Shown here in pieces: positions 51,701-64,000 of a DNA stretch of 64,000 nt (position 1 is its first letter; each line of letters starts with the position of its first letter). This stretch comes from Podarcis erhardii (taxonomy: Eukaryota): assembly GCA_964252035.1 (NCBI GenBank), contig OZ176207.1; one strand, 5' to 3'. The position numbers were made by a program, and so were the translations under genes. Below the pieces are notes generated by a model, which saw only the letters and a list, made by a program, of their open reading frames with translations, searched no databases and had not been told where the DNA came from.

Positions 51701-54700
51701 GCATGTATGTGCAGAGGGTGGTGTATTCACGTTGCCCTCAATGGTCCAAGCTATCACCACACAGGCATAAGCTTTTGTGGAAGGAAGGAATTGGTCTCAG
51801 AGGATGTAAGCTCTGTGATGCATGTCCACCAAGCCAAATCCATCACAGTGAGAGAAAGGAAAGGGGAGAGGGAGAGAGAAAGGTTTCTTTCATCAGTGAG
51901 GGGAACTTGCCCTTCTCCACCTGGGGATGGGAATTGTTTCAAAGGATTGTTTCAGTAGAGGCAGAGACTATTACATCCCAATTCCATACCAACATTCCTT
52001 TCAACAGTGAGGAAGCATTGCTGTTTTACTCGCCCTCCCGCCACGTTAACACGCTCCCTGTTTATATGTCATACGTTTGTGCAAAACAATGTGTATGTTG
52101 ATGTCCCTGTTTTGAATAATTGGCAACTCTATATTTTTAAACTGGAGCAGCTTTGAAATGTACGGATCTTCACATCCAAAGACACACAGGTTAACAGTTC
52201 TGGTAAACGGTGCTCTTCTGTTTTTTTAAAGGTGTGTGGTTTTAAACTATCGAGGAATTGCTGGTGAAAATCTCTTGGTAAGAATTGCTCTTAAATTAAG
52301 TAAGAACACTGAGCAACCATAATGTTAGCATATAGCATGGGTGCGAATACCTGCAAGCATGCAACACTTCATAAGCAATTTATGGTTAATTCCATCTCTG
52401 GGAGGGTTTGTTCCTCATTGACAATTGTGCCTCTTTATCTCATACAATGCAAAGATAAGAAAATAAAACAGTAAGTAAATGTCATATGAATAAGGAATCT
52501 ACATCATTCATTCATTCATTCATTAAATTAATCAGTAATTTTTCATGTTTTAATTGCGTTTAATTAATCTACTAAATGATTTACCTACATAGAAATTTCT
52601 CTAACTTGGAAAACAAAATAAGGACTTCCAGATTTGTAGATTCAATTGAAACATTACTGGAGGTTTGTGCAGCGAACCCCCATAAGGAGGCATGGACAGC
52701 TGCCAAAGGAGACACTAGTTCCAGGCTGGCGCTTTGCGATAGTCTTGACAGGAGGAGGAAGTGGAACGTAGAAGCGCTTCTACCTATCACTTACTGCAAT
52801 AGATGGTGTTGAGTTGTAAGGCCTGGTGGTTGTCATGCTGGGGGCAAGATGAGGCTAGTGTCAAGGTCTGGCATGTTCAGGCAGCTGCCAGGCTTCAGAT
52901 CTATGCTGAAAAAGGCCCAAAGTTTATCCCTGACCCTGCCACTCTGTGGCCACTCTTCTTGCTCGCTACGCAGAAGGAGAGGATAGAAGCTGCTCCTTGT
53001 CACTTTCTCTTGTTGCTTGATTGCTTGCCTAAATGGTGATGGTAGGAAAGAGGAGGAGGAGCTACTGCTGTTGCTTGCTTTCTCTCCTCAAGGCAGCCGT
53101 ATGGAGGGCCAGTCCGCACATTCTTGCTTCCATCGCTCCTCACTCACACACCCAAAGTGTGCAAGTAGTGATGACAACAGGGAGCAGCTCCTTGGTCACT
53201 GTTGGTGACAAATGGGCCAGTGGACCCAATCCCACTTCTGTCCAGAGGGGGAGAGGGCAGGTGGGTGAACAAACAGAGACTGCTGCTCCTCACTATGGCC
53301 TACATGTTCACTTACCCATTGGCTCTCTAGACAATCAAGCAGGATGTCAAGAGATGAGATGCTCACTCAAGCGTTAGGAGAAGCTCATCAAAGGCAACTT
53401 TTGCAGCACCCCAAAACCTAAACCCAGCTCTGGAAGTAGGTTTGAAGGCAACGTGTGGAGATGCAGAAGCAGCCTTCCCTACTTGTTCGGATCAGTGACC
53501 AAACAATTTTAGGGTTTGCGAGGATTTAAGGTACCCTATAAGCCCACACGGTCCTTCTGCCTTCCTTCATTTAATCTGCCTCCCCAGAAGGTGTGGAGAT
53601 GCACATTCAGTGCATCCTTCCTATCTCTGCAAGCTACAAGGTGCTGTGGGCTGAGGTTGTAGAGGGGGATGATAAAAGGGTCAAGCTCACGTACCATTGC
53701 TGCTCCATATACTTTTTGAAAGACGTATCTTTTACTACCACTTCAGATTTATGTATTTTTGTGTTTTCATACAATAAACCCACAACTTATGTGGGGGTTA
53801 TGTTCTGGGGATCGCGCCTAAAGCCAAAATTGTGTCTAGTCCAAACCCATTGGGTTCAATGGTGGGTGAGATTGCCAAAGTCATTCCCCCCAGAACTCCT
53901 TTTCCATCCCTTTTTTGCCACGTGTGTAAAGCTGAATGTGCACAAGTTAAATACACTTAAGATGCGGGCTTAATATACTGTAAACAGCCCTGTGATTCTC
54001 AGATGAAGAGTGGTATAGCAATTTAATAAATAAAGTGAAATAAATTAATTTATCTTTTCCCCAGTAGCAACTAAGAAGATGGAGGAGTTCCCCCCCCCCA
54101 AAATGAGGAGTCAGTGAGAAGTTATATAAATGATTAAGGTCTTGCTAGCCTCTGGAGAGGATTTTTGCATGTGAAACACAGTGTACAGTTTTACACATTT
54201 AACATGCTGGTTTCAAAGTATGAATAATACATTCTCATAATGAAAAATGTGAGAATCCATTTTTAGCATACTTCTGGAGATGAATGTACAAAGCAGTTTT
54301 GTGGCACACCAAGCCCTTTTTGATTATATTTCAGATGAAGTGAAAAGATCTTTTGTTTAGCTGTACTTTGTGAAATGCCGTGTAATCGGCTTTGCCTGTT
54401 TAAGCAATAAAAGGCTGTTTTCCTCTATAAACAGCTGCAGTTGTAACTCGTCCAGTGTAGAATTTTTAGCATAATGATATAAAATCCAGTCATAATGGTT
54501 CTGAAGCGGTAAACAAGAAATGAGTTATGACAAGCACAGGCACATGCAAGTAAGTTATCTTAATCCTCAGAGCACAAATTTTGACAAACAATGCATTTTT
54601 AAAGAACTAAATTGCAAATAAAATACCAGAAGATTAATGGTGCAATGCTACACACGTTTACTCTGTCCAGCGTGGCTTGCTTCTAGTTAAGCATGCAGAG

Positions 54701-57700
54701 GACTGTGGCTTAAGGCACACTTTCCTAGTGATCAACCCCATTTAACCAAGTGGAAATTCTGGGGTAACATGCTTAGAATTGCACTGCATATTGTCAAGCA
54801 AAGTAAGAGATTTTTTTCCCTAATTAAATAATTTAAAGGAAGCTGAAATTTTAATGTTTCTGCTACCTGCGAGTTTAGCTTGTAGAAGAAAACAGCAGTG
54901 CAATCATATACATGTGTACTCAGAAGTAAGCCTTGCTGTTTTATTAATGTCATCTGGCGGGCAAAACTCCCATTGAGTTCAGTAAGTGAGTATTAAATTG
55001 CAAGTGTAGAGTTCAGCCTAAAACATCTAATGGGGCCAGTCTGAAGAGTCATTGCATTGAAAAATCAAGGTTTCTCCCTTTTACTTAGGAGTCAGAGGCT
55101 GTTCTGCGCACCCATCTGCACTGAGCACAGTTCCCTTTTAGATAGATTGTATGTGAACTACCCTTAAAAAGAAAATGCTATGCCGAAGTATTCCAAATTT
55201 TGTTGATTTTGTAGCTCATCTTGTAATGGACTGTGATGGATGGAGTCAGAGGGAAAAGAAGGCAGAGCAACGGAGACAACATCAAGTGGCCGTGGTTTTA
55301 ACCCATCAAATGCCAATTATTAGCTGTAGGTCTTCATTTCAATTTTCAGCTAAGCTGTGGACTCACTGCTTAGGCTTGAGTGTCCCAACCCAGCATTTGC
55401 TGAACTAAAGAGGAAGAGGCAGTTAATCAGCCCTGAATCTGCATATTATCCACCTGCATGCCCCTCTCCTATCGGCTTCGCCTCAGCTTGACTCATTTTG
55501 TTTGTTTGTTTGTTTCAGACAGAACCCAAAAATTAAACACTTCTGGCATTTATAGGGGAGAATTTGTGAGTGTGAAAGGGGTATCCATGCTCCATTTCCC
55601 CCGGATGTTCAAGTGCCTCCTGTAGGGTATGGAAGCCTGTGCTTCCCTCTTAATGTCTAAGCTCTAAATTCTTTTTCATGAAAACACAGCATAATAAACT
55701 TGCTTGCCTTTCAGATGCCATAAGATTATTTGTTATTTTAGGATCTAATACCTCTTAAGCTTCACCCCTCCATCTGCATAGTAAGAATAATAATGCTGGC
55801 TTGCTTTAAAAGTTTGCTTAGAGAGGACTGTTTGCAATATTTTGAGCTTTAAAGAAAAAAAACACATTGTTTAAATATTAAATCATGTTATATGATCATT
55901 ATAATAAGTCATCATGGGATACCAAGCAGTAGGCGTCAGCACCCTTACAACTTCATTGTTCCACAGGACAAGTGGGGCAGGTCTATGCTACCTTGCTATG
56001 GCAGCAGCAATCCAGCTGAAAGCTTTTATTGGTTTATCCTAGGCTGTGGTACAAAGTGCCTTTAGGAAGTGGTACAGATGAGTTACCCACATTCTCCTTT
56101 TCTGTACAATTCCGCACTGTGCAAGAACTTTGTGCACAATGGTTTTAGTGAAGATGGCTCTTGCCAGTGTTGCTATGCTTCTGTACGCTGTTACGGTACT
56201 CTCAATCAACTTGGACACCAGTGCAACAGTTATTGCATCTAACTGTGTGCACTGATTTGTAACTGGGCTCCTAAGCCTAATTACAAATATACATCTTTTG
56301 TAGAATACATTTCCTTAACATATTGTGAGCTTAGTAGGATTTAATTGCTTTGCAAAAGTTATAGTGTAACGGGAAGAGGGAGTTTGTAAAATTTTAGTAG
56401 TGCTGCTATTAATACTAAAAGTGAATGCACTTGAAATCTTACCTCATTGAATATCAAAGCTTCTAAAAATGTCATTGGCGCCTGTGTTAATCTTTTTGTA
56501 TTATATTGCTGTATCAACCAACCTGGTGCTGTGTTGGCCTTGGCTGAAAGGCAAAACAAGTGTTTATTGTCCTCTTTCCCACTTTTGGTTTCTTACAGAC
56601 CCCAAGGACTTACTGTGCTGCTAATACAGAGGATTTGGAAACTGTTATTCATTATGTACACAACTTGTACTCCTCAGTTCCGTTGATGGCAGCAGGTGTT
56701 TCTATGGGAGGGTAAGTATTTATGCAACATAAATCCCAGTAGTGTAACTCTGTGGTCATTAGAAACCAATTTGCAAAGGCCCTCAATAAAGATTCTGCAT
56801 ACACAGCACAGACTCCATGGGAAATGTACTAAGTCTAATTTTCCATCATGTTTCTACTTCTTCTTGAAAGAAAGTTTTACAGGGGAAGAGTGATTTTTCT
56901 CACTGAACCTTCCACATGATATGCTTTTGTTTACCATAATCACTTACAAGTTTATTTGCTGGAACTGATGGTAACTCTCAGAAAACAAGTGACAATAATT
57001 GACATACATGACTAGTGGGAGCTATGTTTGAACATTTAAGCAGCATTTTATTTATAAACCTCAGACCTGAATTAAAGGCATCTGCAGGATAGTAATCAGT
57101 ATTTTATTATTACAGTATATACATCTTGTGTGATTGCAAGGATATGATTAATATAATTAATATAACCAGTCTTCAGAATTGTGGGATGTGACCTACATCT
57201 TTTGATACCATTTATTGTTTTGGGCCAGTCACATTCCTTCTTGTTTGGGTTTGATTATGGCAGTTGGCTTACAAGTCATTATCATAGGGTTGTAGTACCA
57301 TGAGGGAGAGATGCTTTGCTGCTTACCTGAGGCAGTCAGCTCTGTGTAACTGTTTATATTCCTTAGGGATTTGGTTATTGTTAGTAGGAGACTTCTAAGA
57401 CATAAACACATAATCAGAAACCTTGTACACTAGTCTGTTTGTTTATCAAAGAATTTGTATAAAATTGTATAAAAGATTTGTATAAAAGGGAGGCAGCAAA
57501 GAAATGTTTTCTTCCCCTACATTTTTATTTGTTTTATTGTGCATATGAACCATCAGCTGTAAACTGGAACACATTTATCCTTACCCAGACTTTGTCGTTC
57601 TTCAAAAGAGCGGCACCAGGCCAGCTAACACTAAAAACTTTTACAAGACCTTTTCAGACATCATAGGGAAGCAAAAATGTTTGCCACATACAGTCTATAT

Positions 57701-60154
57701 TGTATACACAACCTTACACATACAGTAAAATAGCCCCAGAGGAATGACAAAAATTGCTGCTGATGATACTAATATGTTAGTCTCGCAGAAGCAACAAAAA
57801 AACAAACCCTGATTGGCTGTGATCTATCTTTTGCCTGTAGAATGGGCTGTCCTTCCCGTTCCTTTACACTGTAACCCCAGTGCCTTTGAAAAATTGATCC
57901 TGAGGTGGTGGAGATATTGGGGATAGTGTGGAGTATAGTGTTAAGTTGTGGGTGAACATATCAGACAACACAGCGATTCTTCAAACAGCTCTTCTTTATT
58001 CAGAGGCCAGAACAGAACTGAGCTGAAGGGCTCAGTCAGCCTGCTTATATAGAGCTCCAGTACACATAATTGTAACAATTTTCTAAAACTATCCAATCAC
58101 TGAACGTCACTTTCGATCCTTCATTTGCATAACTATCTACAGTATCCCCCTGCTGGCCCAGGGTAAGAACTTCAGTACATAACATACAGTGTGGCAAACT
58201 ATGGGAGGAGCAGGAAGTAGGCAGAAATTGCATCTCCATTTGCATGAGTTTTTTTTCCATAGGTCCCTACTTGTGGGAATAATATTGTTGACTACCAAGC
58301 AGAATTTGGGCAAGAAATACTGCAGTAATATATCCAAAGCACTCAGGGAAAAACACACATACGCTAATACCCACAACAGCTTTCTTCAGATTGAGTCAGA
58401 TATCAATCCAGTGAGTTCAGGTAAACTTTTCATTTAGTTGGTTGAAAGTTTCAAGGTTATTATCCTTACCATAAGCCATGATGGAAGCATATTAAAATGT
58501 TTGGCCCCACAATGCCATGCACATGATGGCTAGTATTGCCTTGACTAGTTTCAGCGCTTCGTCTCCTACTACAGATGTTTAGGACTGAGGTATTTTCATT
58601 TGTGATTTCTTCTTCTTTTTACCTATTTGTTTATCTCTTGTTTGTAGCATGCTCCTTTTAAATTATTTGGGCAAAACTGGCAGAGAAACACCACTGAAGG
58701 CAGCTGCAATTTTTTCAGCAGGATGGAATGTTTTTGAATCTGCAGACTCACTGGAAAAGCCAGTGAACTGGCTTCTCTTTAATTACTACTTAACCAGCTG
58801 TCTACAATCTTCAATTATTAGGTGAGTCAACCTCACATCTATTGTGAAAGACCATAATATATTAGTATGAAATTCAGGTTCATTGCCAGTCATGTCAAAT
58901 ATGTTATGGTGTGTTAAAGGAAGCAGTACCCAAGCGAAAGCTATCATCTTCGGCTATTTTTGCTCATGTGGTTACTCTCGGATCTCTATTTATTTTACAG
59001 ACATCGGGAAATGTTTGATAAGCTGTTCAATATGAACCTTGTCATGAAGGTATGAGGGTTAGCCATTTGTATTTCACTTCATGTTTTTATTTTTACTAAC
59101 ACTTACATAAATCCTTTACTTGAATTCTGTACTTCAGGCTAAGACCATTAGGGAATTTGATAAGCAGTTCACCTCAGTCATGTTTGGCTACCCTACAATT
59201 GAGGATTACTATGCAGATGCTAGTCCATGCCGTAGACTGAAGAGAATTGGAATTCCAGTGTTGTGCTTAAATGCTATGGATGATGTCTTCTCACCAAATC
59301 ATGGTAAGTTTTTTCCCCTTTTAAGAAGATGCTGTTGGTTGACCTCAGCGATTGAGTTGTGTCTGAAATAGAATGAGAAGTTAGTACAGAACTGGGTGTG
59401 CAGTGTAATTTTCTTATGGTGTTCCACTCAACGCACATGTTGCCAAATATTGCACCAATAAAGGGTATATAATAATAATAATTATGGGCGGCTTACAGAA
59501 TATCTAAAAACATAATGAAAACATCAAGCCTTAAAAACCTCCCGATACAGGGCTGCCTTCAGGTGTCTTCTAAAAGTTGTATAATTCTTTATCTCCTTGA
59601 CATCTGAAGGGAGGGCATCACTAGCGAGAAGGTCCTCTGACTTCATAGTCAGAAAAAGAAGCCTTACATAAAGCATGTGTCATAATTCTTGATTTTTTGT
59701 TACTGTGTAACATCTCTGGGTGGCTCTATTTTTAATTATGTAAAATGAAAATATAACCTTTAGCAACCCAGAACCCCAGACTTTTGTACGTCATAGCTCA
59801 GTTAAAACTTATATTGCCAAAACTGGTCTTCATAAAATTGATCTTTTAAAGCTGCATTCTGCTGACAGCAGAACTGCACTTCACCAAAAACATTCATTGT
59901 GTTATAGACTGAATGATAGTTATGAGAGAGAAATGTTGGGATGGGAGCTTATACTTTGTTCCCTTATTTCTTTAGCCATACCAGTAGAAATTGCAAAACA
60001 AAATCCTAATGTGGCTTTGATTCTTACTTCTTGTGGAGGCCATATTGGTTTTCTGGAAGGACTGTGGCCAAGAAGATGCACATACATGGACAGAGTCTTC
60101 AGACAATTTGTTCAAGCTGTGTTTGAGCACGGAAGCAAAATCCTTAACATATAG
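46793..60154 (+). CDS. ABHD3: Abhydrolase domain-containing 3 (phospholipase ABHD3), whole-gene span of 9 coding exons (406 aa)
   Basis: Exon lengths 147,164,183,46,113,174,49,166,179 sum to 1221 nt. N-terminal TM segment, GVSMGG nucleophile elbow (Ser codon 56701-56703), NAMDDVF Asp and GGHIGF His. Head-to-head with MIB1 as in other amniotes. Confidence 0.98.
48210..48373 (+). CDS. ABHD3: ABHD3 exon 2
   Basis: [54 protein letters not shown]; 164 nt. Confidence 0.97.
49571..49982 (+). mobile_element. Solo LTR-like element (412 bp)
   Basis: TG...CA termini; perfect 5-bp TSD GTGAA (49566-49570, 49983-49987); orientation inferred only from the open frame. Confidence 0.75.
50883..51065 (+). CDS. 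ABHD3: ABHD3 exon 3
   Basis: [60 protein letters not shown]; 183 nt. Confidence 0.97.
51385..51580 (+). mobile_element. MIR/CORE-type SINE remnant
   Basis: TAGCATAGTGG head, CCTAGGCAAGTTACT core and AATAATAATGAACTAC segment resemble the MIR consensus. Confidence 0.55.
51669..51713. repeat. (GT)n(GC)n alternating purine-pyrimidine tract
   Basis: Direct reading. Confidence 0.9.
52232..52277 (+). CDS. ABHD3: ABHD3 exon 4
   Basis: [15 protein letters not shown]; 46 nt; aag|G...TTG|gtaag. Confidence 0.96.
56599..56711 (+). CDS. ABHD3: ABHD3 exon 5 (catalytic Ser)
   Basis: [37 protein letters not shown]; 113 nt. Confidence 0.97.
57939..58184 (-). mobile_element. Solo LTR (246 bp) with intact promoter and poly(A) elements
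   Basis: TGTTA...TAACA termini; 5-bp TSD TATAG/TACAG; on the minus strand in order: octamer ATGCAAAT, ATTGG, TATATAAG, AATAAA. Confidence 0.85.
58648..58821 (+). CDS. ABHD3: ABHD3 exon 6
   Basis: [57 protein letters not shown]; 174 nt. Confidence 0.97.
59001..59049 (+). CDS. ABHD3: ABHD3 exon 7
   Basis: [16 protein letters not shown]; 49 nt; followed by an 88-nt intron. Confidence 0.95.
59138..59303 (+). CDS. ABHD3: ABHD3 exon 8 (catalytic Asp)
   Basis: [55 protein letters not shown]; 166 nt. Confidence 0.97.
59976..60154 (+). CDS. ABHD3: ABHD3 exon 9 coding part (catalytic His, stop TAG)
   Basis: [58 protein letters not shown]; 179 nt. Confidence 0.97.
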
Positions 60155-60345
60155 CAACTTATCAGAACCATGACTGCAGCACAGCGGCATATTATGATCA
60201 GGGTAACGAAGCTTAATGCACACGATTTAGCAAATAAGCCAGCAAATGGATGAAATCCATTATTAGGAGCGAAATATAGTTTGCTTTGATAATTTTGCAA
60301 TATAGTTACTTTTTTATTTTAACATGCCTTATAAGAATGACCTTA

Positions 60346-60783
60346 AATAAAAAGAATACTCTGCACACATTAAATTGCACTTAACCAAAACCATGTAAGT
60401 AAACCAATAAAAATTACTCAGGTTTTTTATTTATTTAGATAATTTATTTAGGAATCTTGCATACTTGTTCACATGCACATAACATTCAAAACCATGACTC
60501 TATTGTAATACATGAAGTGGGCTTGTCTCTAAGGGCACTTATGGAGGAAATGCTTTAGGAAGATTTTAAAAGTAATGCAAATAGGAGTTTAAAAAGCCAT
60601 CATTAACTTTAGCCATGGGCTACAATAGCATTACAGCACTTTAGACCCTATGGGGATTATATGTACTGCTTTTTCATTTATGTTGATGCCATATATGTCT
60701 TACTTTTTAAACATTGTTAATTAACTTAATAACATTTATATTTATACCAGATGTTTTATGTTGAAATGCAGAATGGAAATAAA
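60346..60783 (+). terminator. Candidate ABHD3 polyadenylation signals
   Basis: AATAAA at 60346, 60406 (followed by a U-rich tract) and 60778; which one is used cannot be told from sequence. Confidence 0.5.
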
Positions 60784-61863
60784 TTACATTTTTAAAGAAA
60801 CATATTCGTTTAATTTTCTGTGCAATAGCAGGTAAAGTTTGTATGTAAAGTATGTTTCATAGAAGGAAAACTAAGCTTCTCATTAGAAAGATTAGGAAAT
60901 ATTTAATACAAAGTATAATTGCCCCAGGCTGAATAGCATCACTGGATTATTTTCAGTCTCACTCTCCATCCCACTGGGAATAGAAACAGTTTCAGGAATA
61001 AATGTAAATATTTTTCAGGAGGTTTTGAATTTGAGACTATGCCCTGGAATGTTTTCTTACTTTGTCCCTCCACTGTTTCCTATGTAGTGGAGTAATATTC
61101 AAGAATGATCTCCTCCTGAGTAAATACAGCCCATTTCCCACATTTCCAGATACACAAATTCTTCTATTCGTATCAACAGAATGGAATAGTGAAGCAATAC
61201 AAGTAAATTTGCTTCCTTCTACACTGCTGTCTAAGGCACAGTTCCACCTCTGGTATTCTGCTGGACAGCCCATACAGAGGACTTAACAGGGAGCTAAAAG
61301 TTGTTTGCGGTGGGTGAAGGAGCAGGTGTTGGCCCATCCCTCTGCCCCATCCCTATTATCATGAATTATCATGCATCATCCCTAGTTTCCTTGTAACAGA
61401 TTCTGAAGCTTTTAAACCTGCTTCTTCTCCGCAGCAGAATGCACTGGTTGCAAAATCAAGCAGCATGTGGCAGAGATATCAATTATTCTCTAAAACAAGT
61501 TATTAAATAATCCTCTTACTAAAATAGTCCTCATAAACCAGCAGCTGCTGGAAGTTTTCATTCACTGACTCCCTGAACAGTGCTTTAGAAACAAGACCTC
61601 AAAAAAAGAGTCTGAGAATGTATTGTCTTGTTAATATGATGACAATGAAGAATTTAAAGCCAGAAAACATATGCTCAAAAGCCTTTCATATAAGATACTT
61701 TGAAACGGAGTCATACTGCTTAATTCTAAAGTTAACTTGATTATTGACAGATTTTGGATGAAGATTTCCATCCTACATCCTACAAGACTTACTTTCAGTT
61801 TGAGCCTTGAAACCAATAAAGCAGACTGTTGCTATTCATTTCTATAGAAGCAAAAGTGAAGTA

Positions 61864-62213
61864 AAAAAGGTAAAGGGACCCCTGACCATTAGGTCCAATT
61901 GTGACCGACTCTGGGGTTGCGGTGCTCATCTCGCTTTATTGGCCGAGGGAGACGGCGTACAGCTTCTGGGTCATGTGGCCAGCATGACTAAGCCGCTTCT
62001 GGCGAACCAGAGCAGCGCACGGAAATGCTGTTTACCTTCCCGCTGGAAGTCCTATTTATCTACTTGCACTTTTGACGTGCTTTCGAACTGCTAGGTTGGC
62101 AGGAGCAGGGACCGAACAATGGGAGCTCACCCCGTCGCGGGGATTGAACCGCCAACCTTCTGACTGACAAGTCTTAGTTTCTGTGGTTTAACCCACAGTG
62201 CCACCCACGTCCC
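61864..62213 (-). mobile_element. Full-length Sauria SINE
   Basis: Highly similar to the 35898 copy; perfect 12-bp TSD AAAAGTGAAGTA. Confidence 0.9.
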
Positions 62214-62879
62214 TAAAAGTGAAGTACATTGACTTAATTGGGACTTTTCTCCAGGGAAAATCGATTCAATCCTTTCTTGGGTTAGAAGTCTAAGTGAAAT
62301 TGGTGGGATTATCAACTGTATGGGATTATAACAGAGTTGTGTGTTATGGGGACATTAGCATTGAAATACAGTACAAATTCAGTTATCTTCCCAGTATTGC
62401 CAAATCAAGAAATTCAGTAGTTTTCTATTATAAAAAATACTTTCTAAAACCAGAACTGTTCCCAAACTACTTGCTTTGTTTATAAAGTTACTTATGTTTA
62501 TAATTCTATTCATGTAGTGTTTTCTTAATTCTCAGTATTCAAATACTGCACTACAAACAATCCCCAACCTTTTTTCAGTTCTACCTACTTTGTAGGACTA
62601 AGAGCACTGCTATGCCATTCGTTTGACCTGTTCCCCCCCAGGGCACAATAAATTGCTAAGTGATTTTAACACTAACCAGAAAATAAAGATAAATCTTTTC
62701 GTATACAGCATTCCTTACACACGTTTTCCTGGAGTAAGCCCCTTTAAACACTACATTTTCTTGACGAGAGCAGTAAGAGGTCGCTGTAGTGCCACAGTCT
62801 CTTATCGGTGGATGGAGGGTACAATTCCGTTATATAAAAAGGCTTACAGTATATAATTGCGAATTTAATTCTCTCTAGT

Positions 62880-63358
62880 GCCTGCCCGTATGAAGCCGAA
62901 GCTAGAAAAGAGAAAGGCGTGGGAAGACTCAGGGTTTGCAGACGTGTGTGTATATATATATATATATGAGGTTTGCAGATGTATATACATATACATTATA
63001 CGTATGTACGCCGGGACCCCAGGCTCCCACAAGGAACAGTCCGAGTGTGCACAGTGCATTTGGAACACCGAGCTTTGGAGGGAGATGAAAAGGAACGAAC
63101 AGCCACCCGAACAAGACAACTGCCTTCAACTGCTCATGCGCAGGTGCTTCTTAGAAAGCTCGTCGCCGGATATCCGGCCCAGACGCTACGAGGCTTTTCG
63201 GGCAGCAGTAAGCGTGACTGTCAGGTGTCAGCTGGCAGCGCTTTGGGGGCGGGACTAAAACGGTGTCTTCGCAAAGGGAGGCTAAAGCAACAAGACTTTC
63301 CCGCCGCCATCATACTTCTGGTTTCTCAACGCAGTCTTTCGACTCCTTCGGCAGTAGG
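62880..63358. promoter_or_regulatory. Unassigned CpG-rich housekeeping-type promoter
   Basis: CpG cluster with NRF1-like CATGCGCAG (~63135), GC box GGGGCGGGA (~63247) and YY1-like CCGCCGCCAT (63301-63310); no recognisable coding exon. Confidence 0.6.
62949..62967. repeat. (TA)n microsatellite
   Basis: Direct reading. Confidence 0.9.
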
Positions 63359-63770
63359 CGGGGCTGGATTTAGGTTTGACGAGGCCCTAAGCTACTGAAG
63401 GTAATGGGACCCTTTATATGTCCAGTTGCCTTTTGTCAACAACAAATTGTCGTTCTATTTTGTGTTGAATATATGCTATATGGTAATTTATGGACCTAAT
63501 AGGTATCTAAAGCCATTTGCACATGCAGAATGTAGGCCCCCTATATATAGAAATGAGCAAACCAGTGATATTTTAGGAAGCAGGCTAGCAGGCAGGGGCC
63601 ATTACTTACTACACAACACAAAACACTGTTGCTGTATGTAGGTTTTATTTTTTACCTTATATTTTGGAAATGTACCTCCAGGGTTTTTTTCCTTTACATT
63701 TTTTGGGGGCCTCCAAGTGAGTGGGGCCCTAAGCTATAGCTTGTTTAGCTTATACCTAAATCTGGCACTG
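63359..63770. mobile_element. hAT-like MITE
   Basis: Imperfect TIR CGGGGCTGGATTTAGG / CAGTGCCAGATTTAGG; subterminal GGCCCTAAGCTA repeated; TSD not clean. Confidence 0.6.
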
Positions 63771-64000
63771 GTTAGGGTAAGAATGATGGAGGTACACTGG
63801 GCAGCGGATGGTTGTGCTCAGGCGGCCATAACCCACTCCTCCACAACAAACAATACTTTTTCTTGATTGGTTACTCGAACAGAACTCTGGGGTTTGGAAA
63901 TAGAACTGACTCTTGTCGGGTGCAGTAGAAGGCAGATAAATGGTTTTTGCATTAATGCAGCTGGGTGGTTATTTCAAAAGAAATAAACATTTTCCTTTTT

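Noticed and set aside
61636-61740. ATGATGA as a possible C box of a C/D snoRNA
   Set aside because: No D box (CTGA) or terminal stem at a suitable distance; not in a host intron
62294-62485. ORF starting MKLV, like SNRPD1 (MKLVRF)
   Set aside because: TTG start, similarity ends after four residues, no donor at the SNRPD1 exon-1 position
62865-63398. ORFs of 84-141 aa over the distal CpG island
   Set aside because: Run through a (TA)n microsatellite (YIYIY); no recognisable homology
63391-63406. Plus-strand donor AAG|gtaatg as a first exon of the next gene
   Set aside because: Lies within the left end of a hAT-like MITE, so it is not independent evidence of an exon

Overview
Vertebrate nuclear DNA, most likely a lacertid-type lizard judging by Sauria SINEs and squamate MITE families (inference). 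No prokaryotic features, CRISPR arrays, rRNA or tRNA genes were seen. The window holds two complete multi-exon genes arranged head-to-head. MIB1 (Notch-ligand E3 ubiquitin ligase) is on the minus strand with 21 coding exons at 41264->1280; I summed them to 3021 nt = 1006 aa + stop, and all introns are GT-AG. ABHD3 (alpha/beta-hydrolase) is on the plus strand with 9 coding exons at 46793->60154, 1221 nt = 406 aa + stop. The muscle microRNA cluster miR-1-2 / miR-133a-1 lies antisense inside MIB1 intron 12, with recognisable CArG, MEF2, M-CAT and E-box sites. The rest is introns rich in Tc1/mariner and hAT MITEs, SINEs, CR1/L2 fragments and two solo LTR-like elements. The standout observation is a 649-bp hAT-type element (45318-45966, perfect 8-bp TSD) between the two promoters. 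It has captured the first coding exon, splice donor and intron start of an unlinked gene, ATP1B3 (Na,K-ATPase beta-3), making it a Pack-TIR-like element. Other leads: a possible MIB1 transcript from the ABHD3 promoter, SNRPD1 missing from its expected syntenic position, a MITE carrying a 118-bp double-hairpin array, and a solo LTR with an open frame. Almost all other ORFs in the supplied track are judged spurious.
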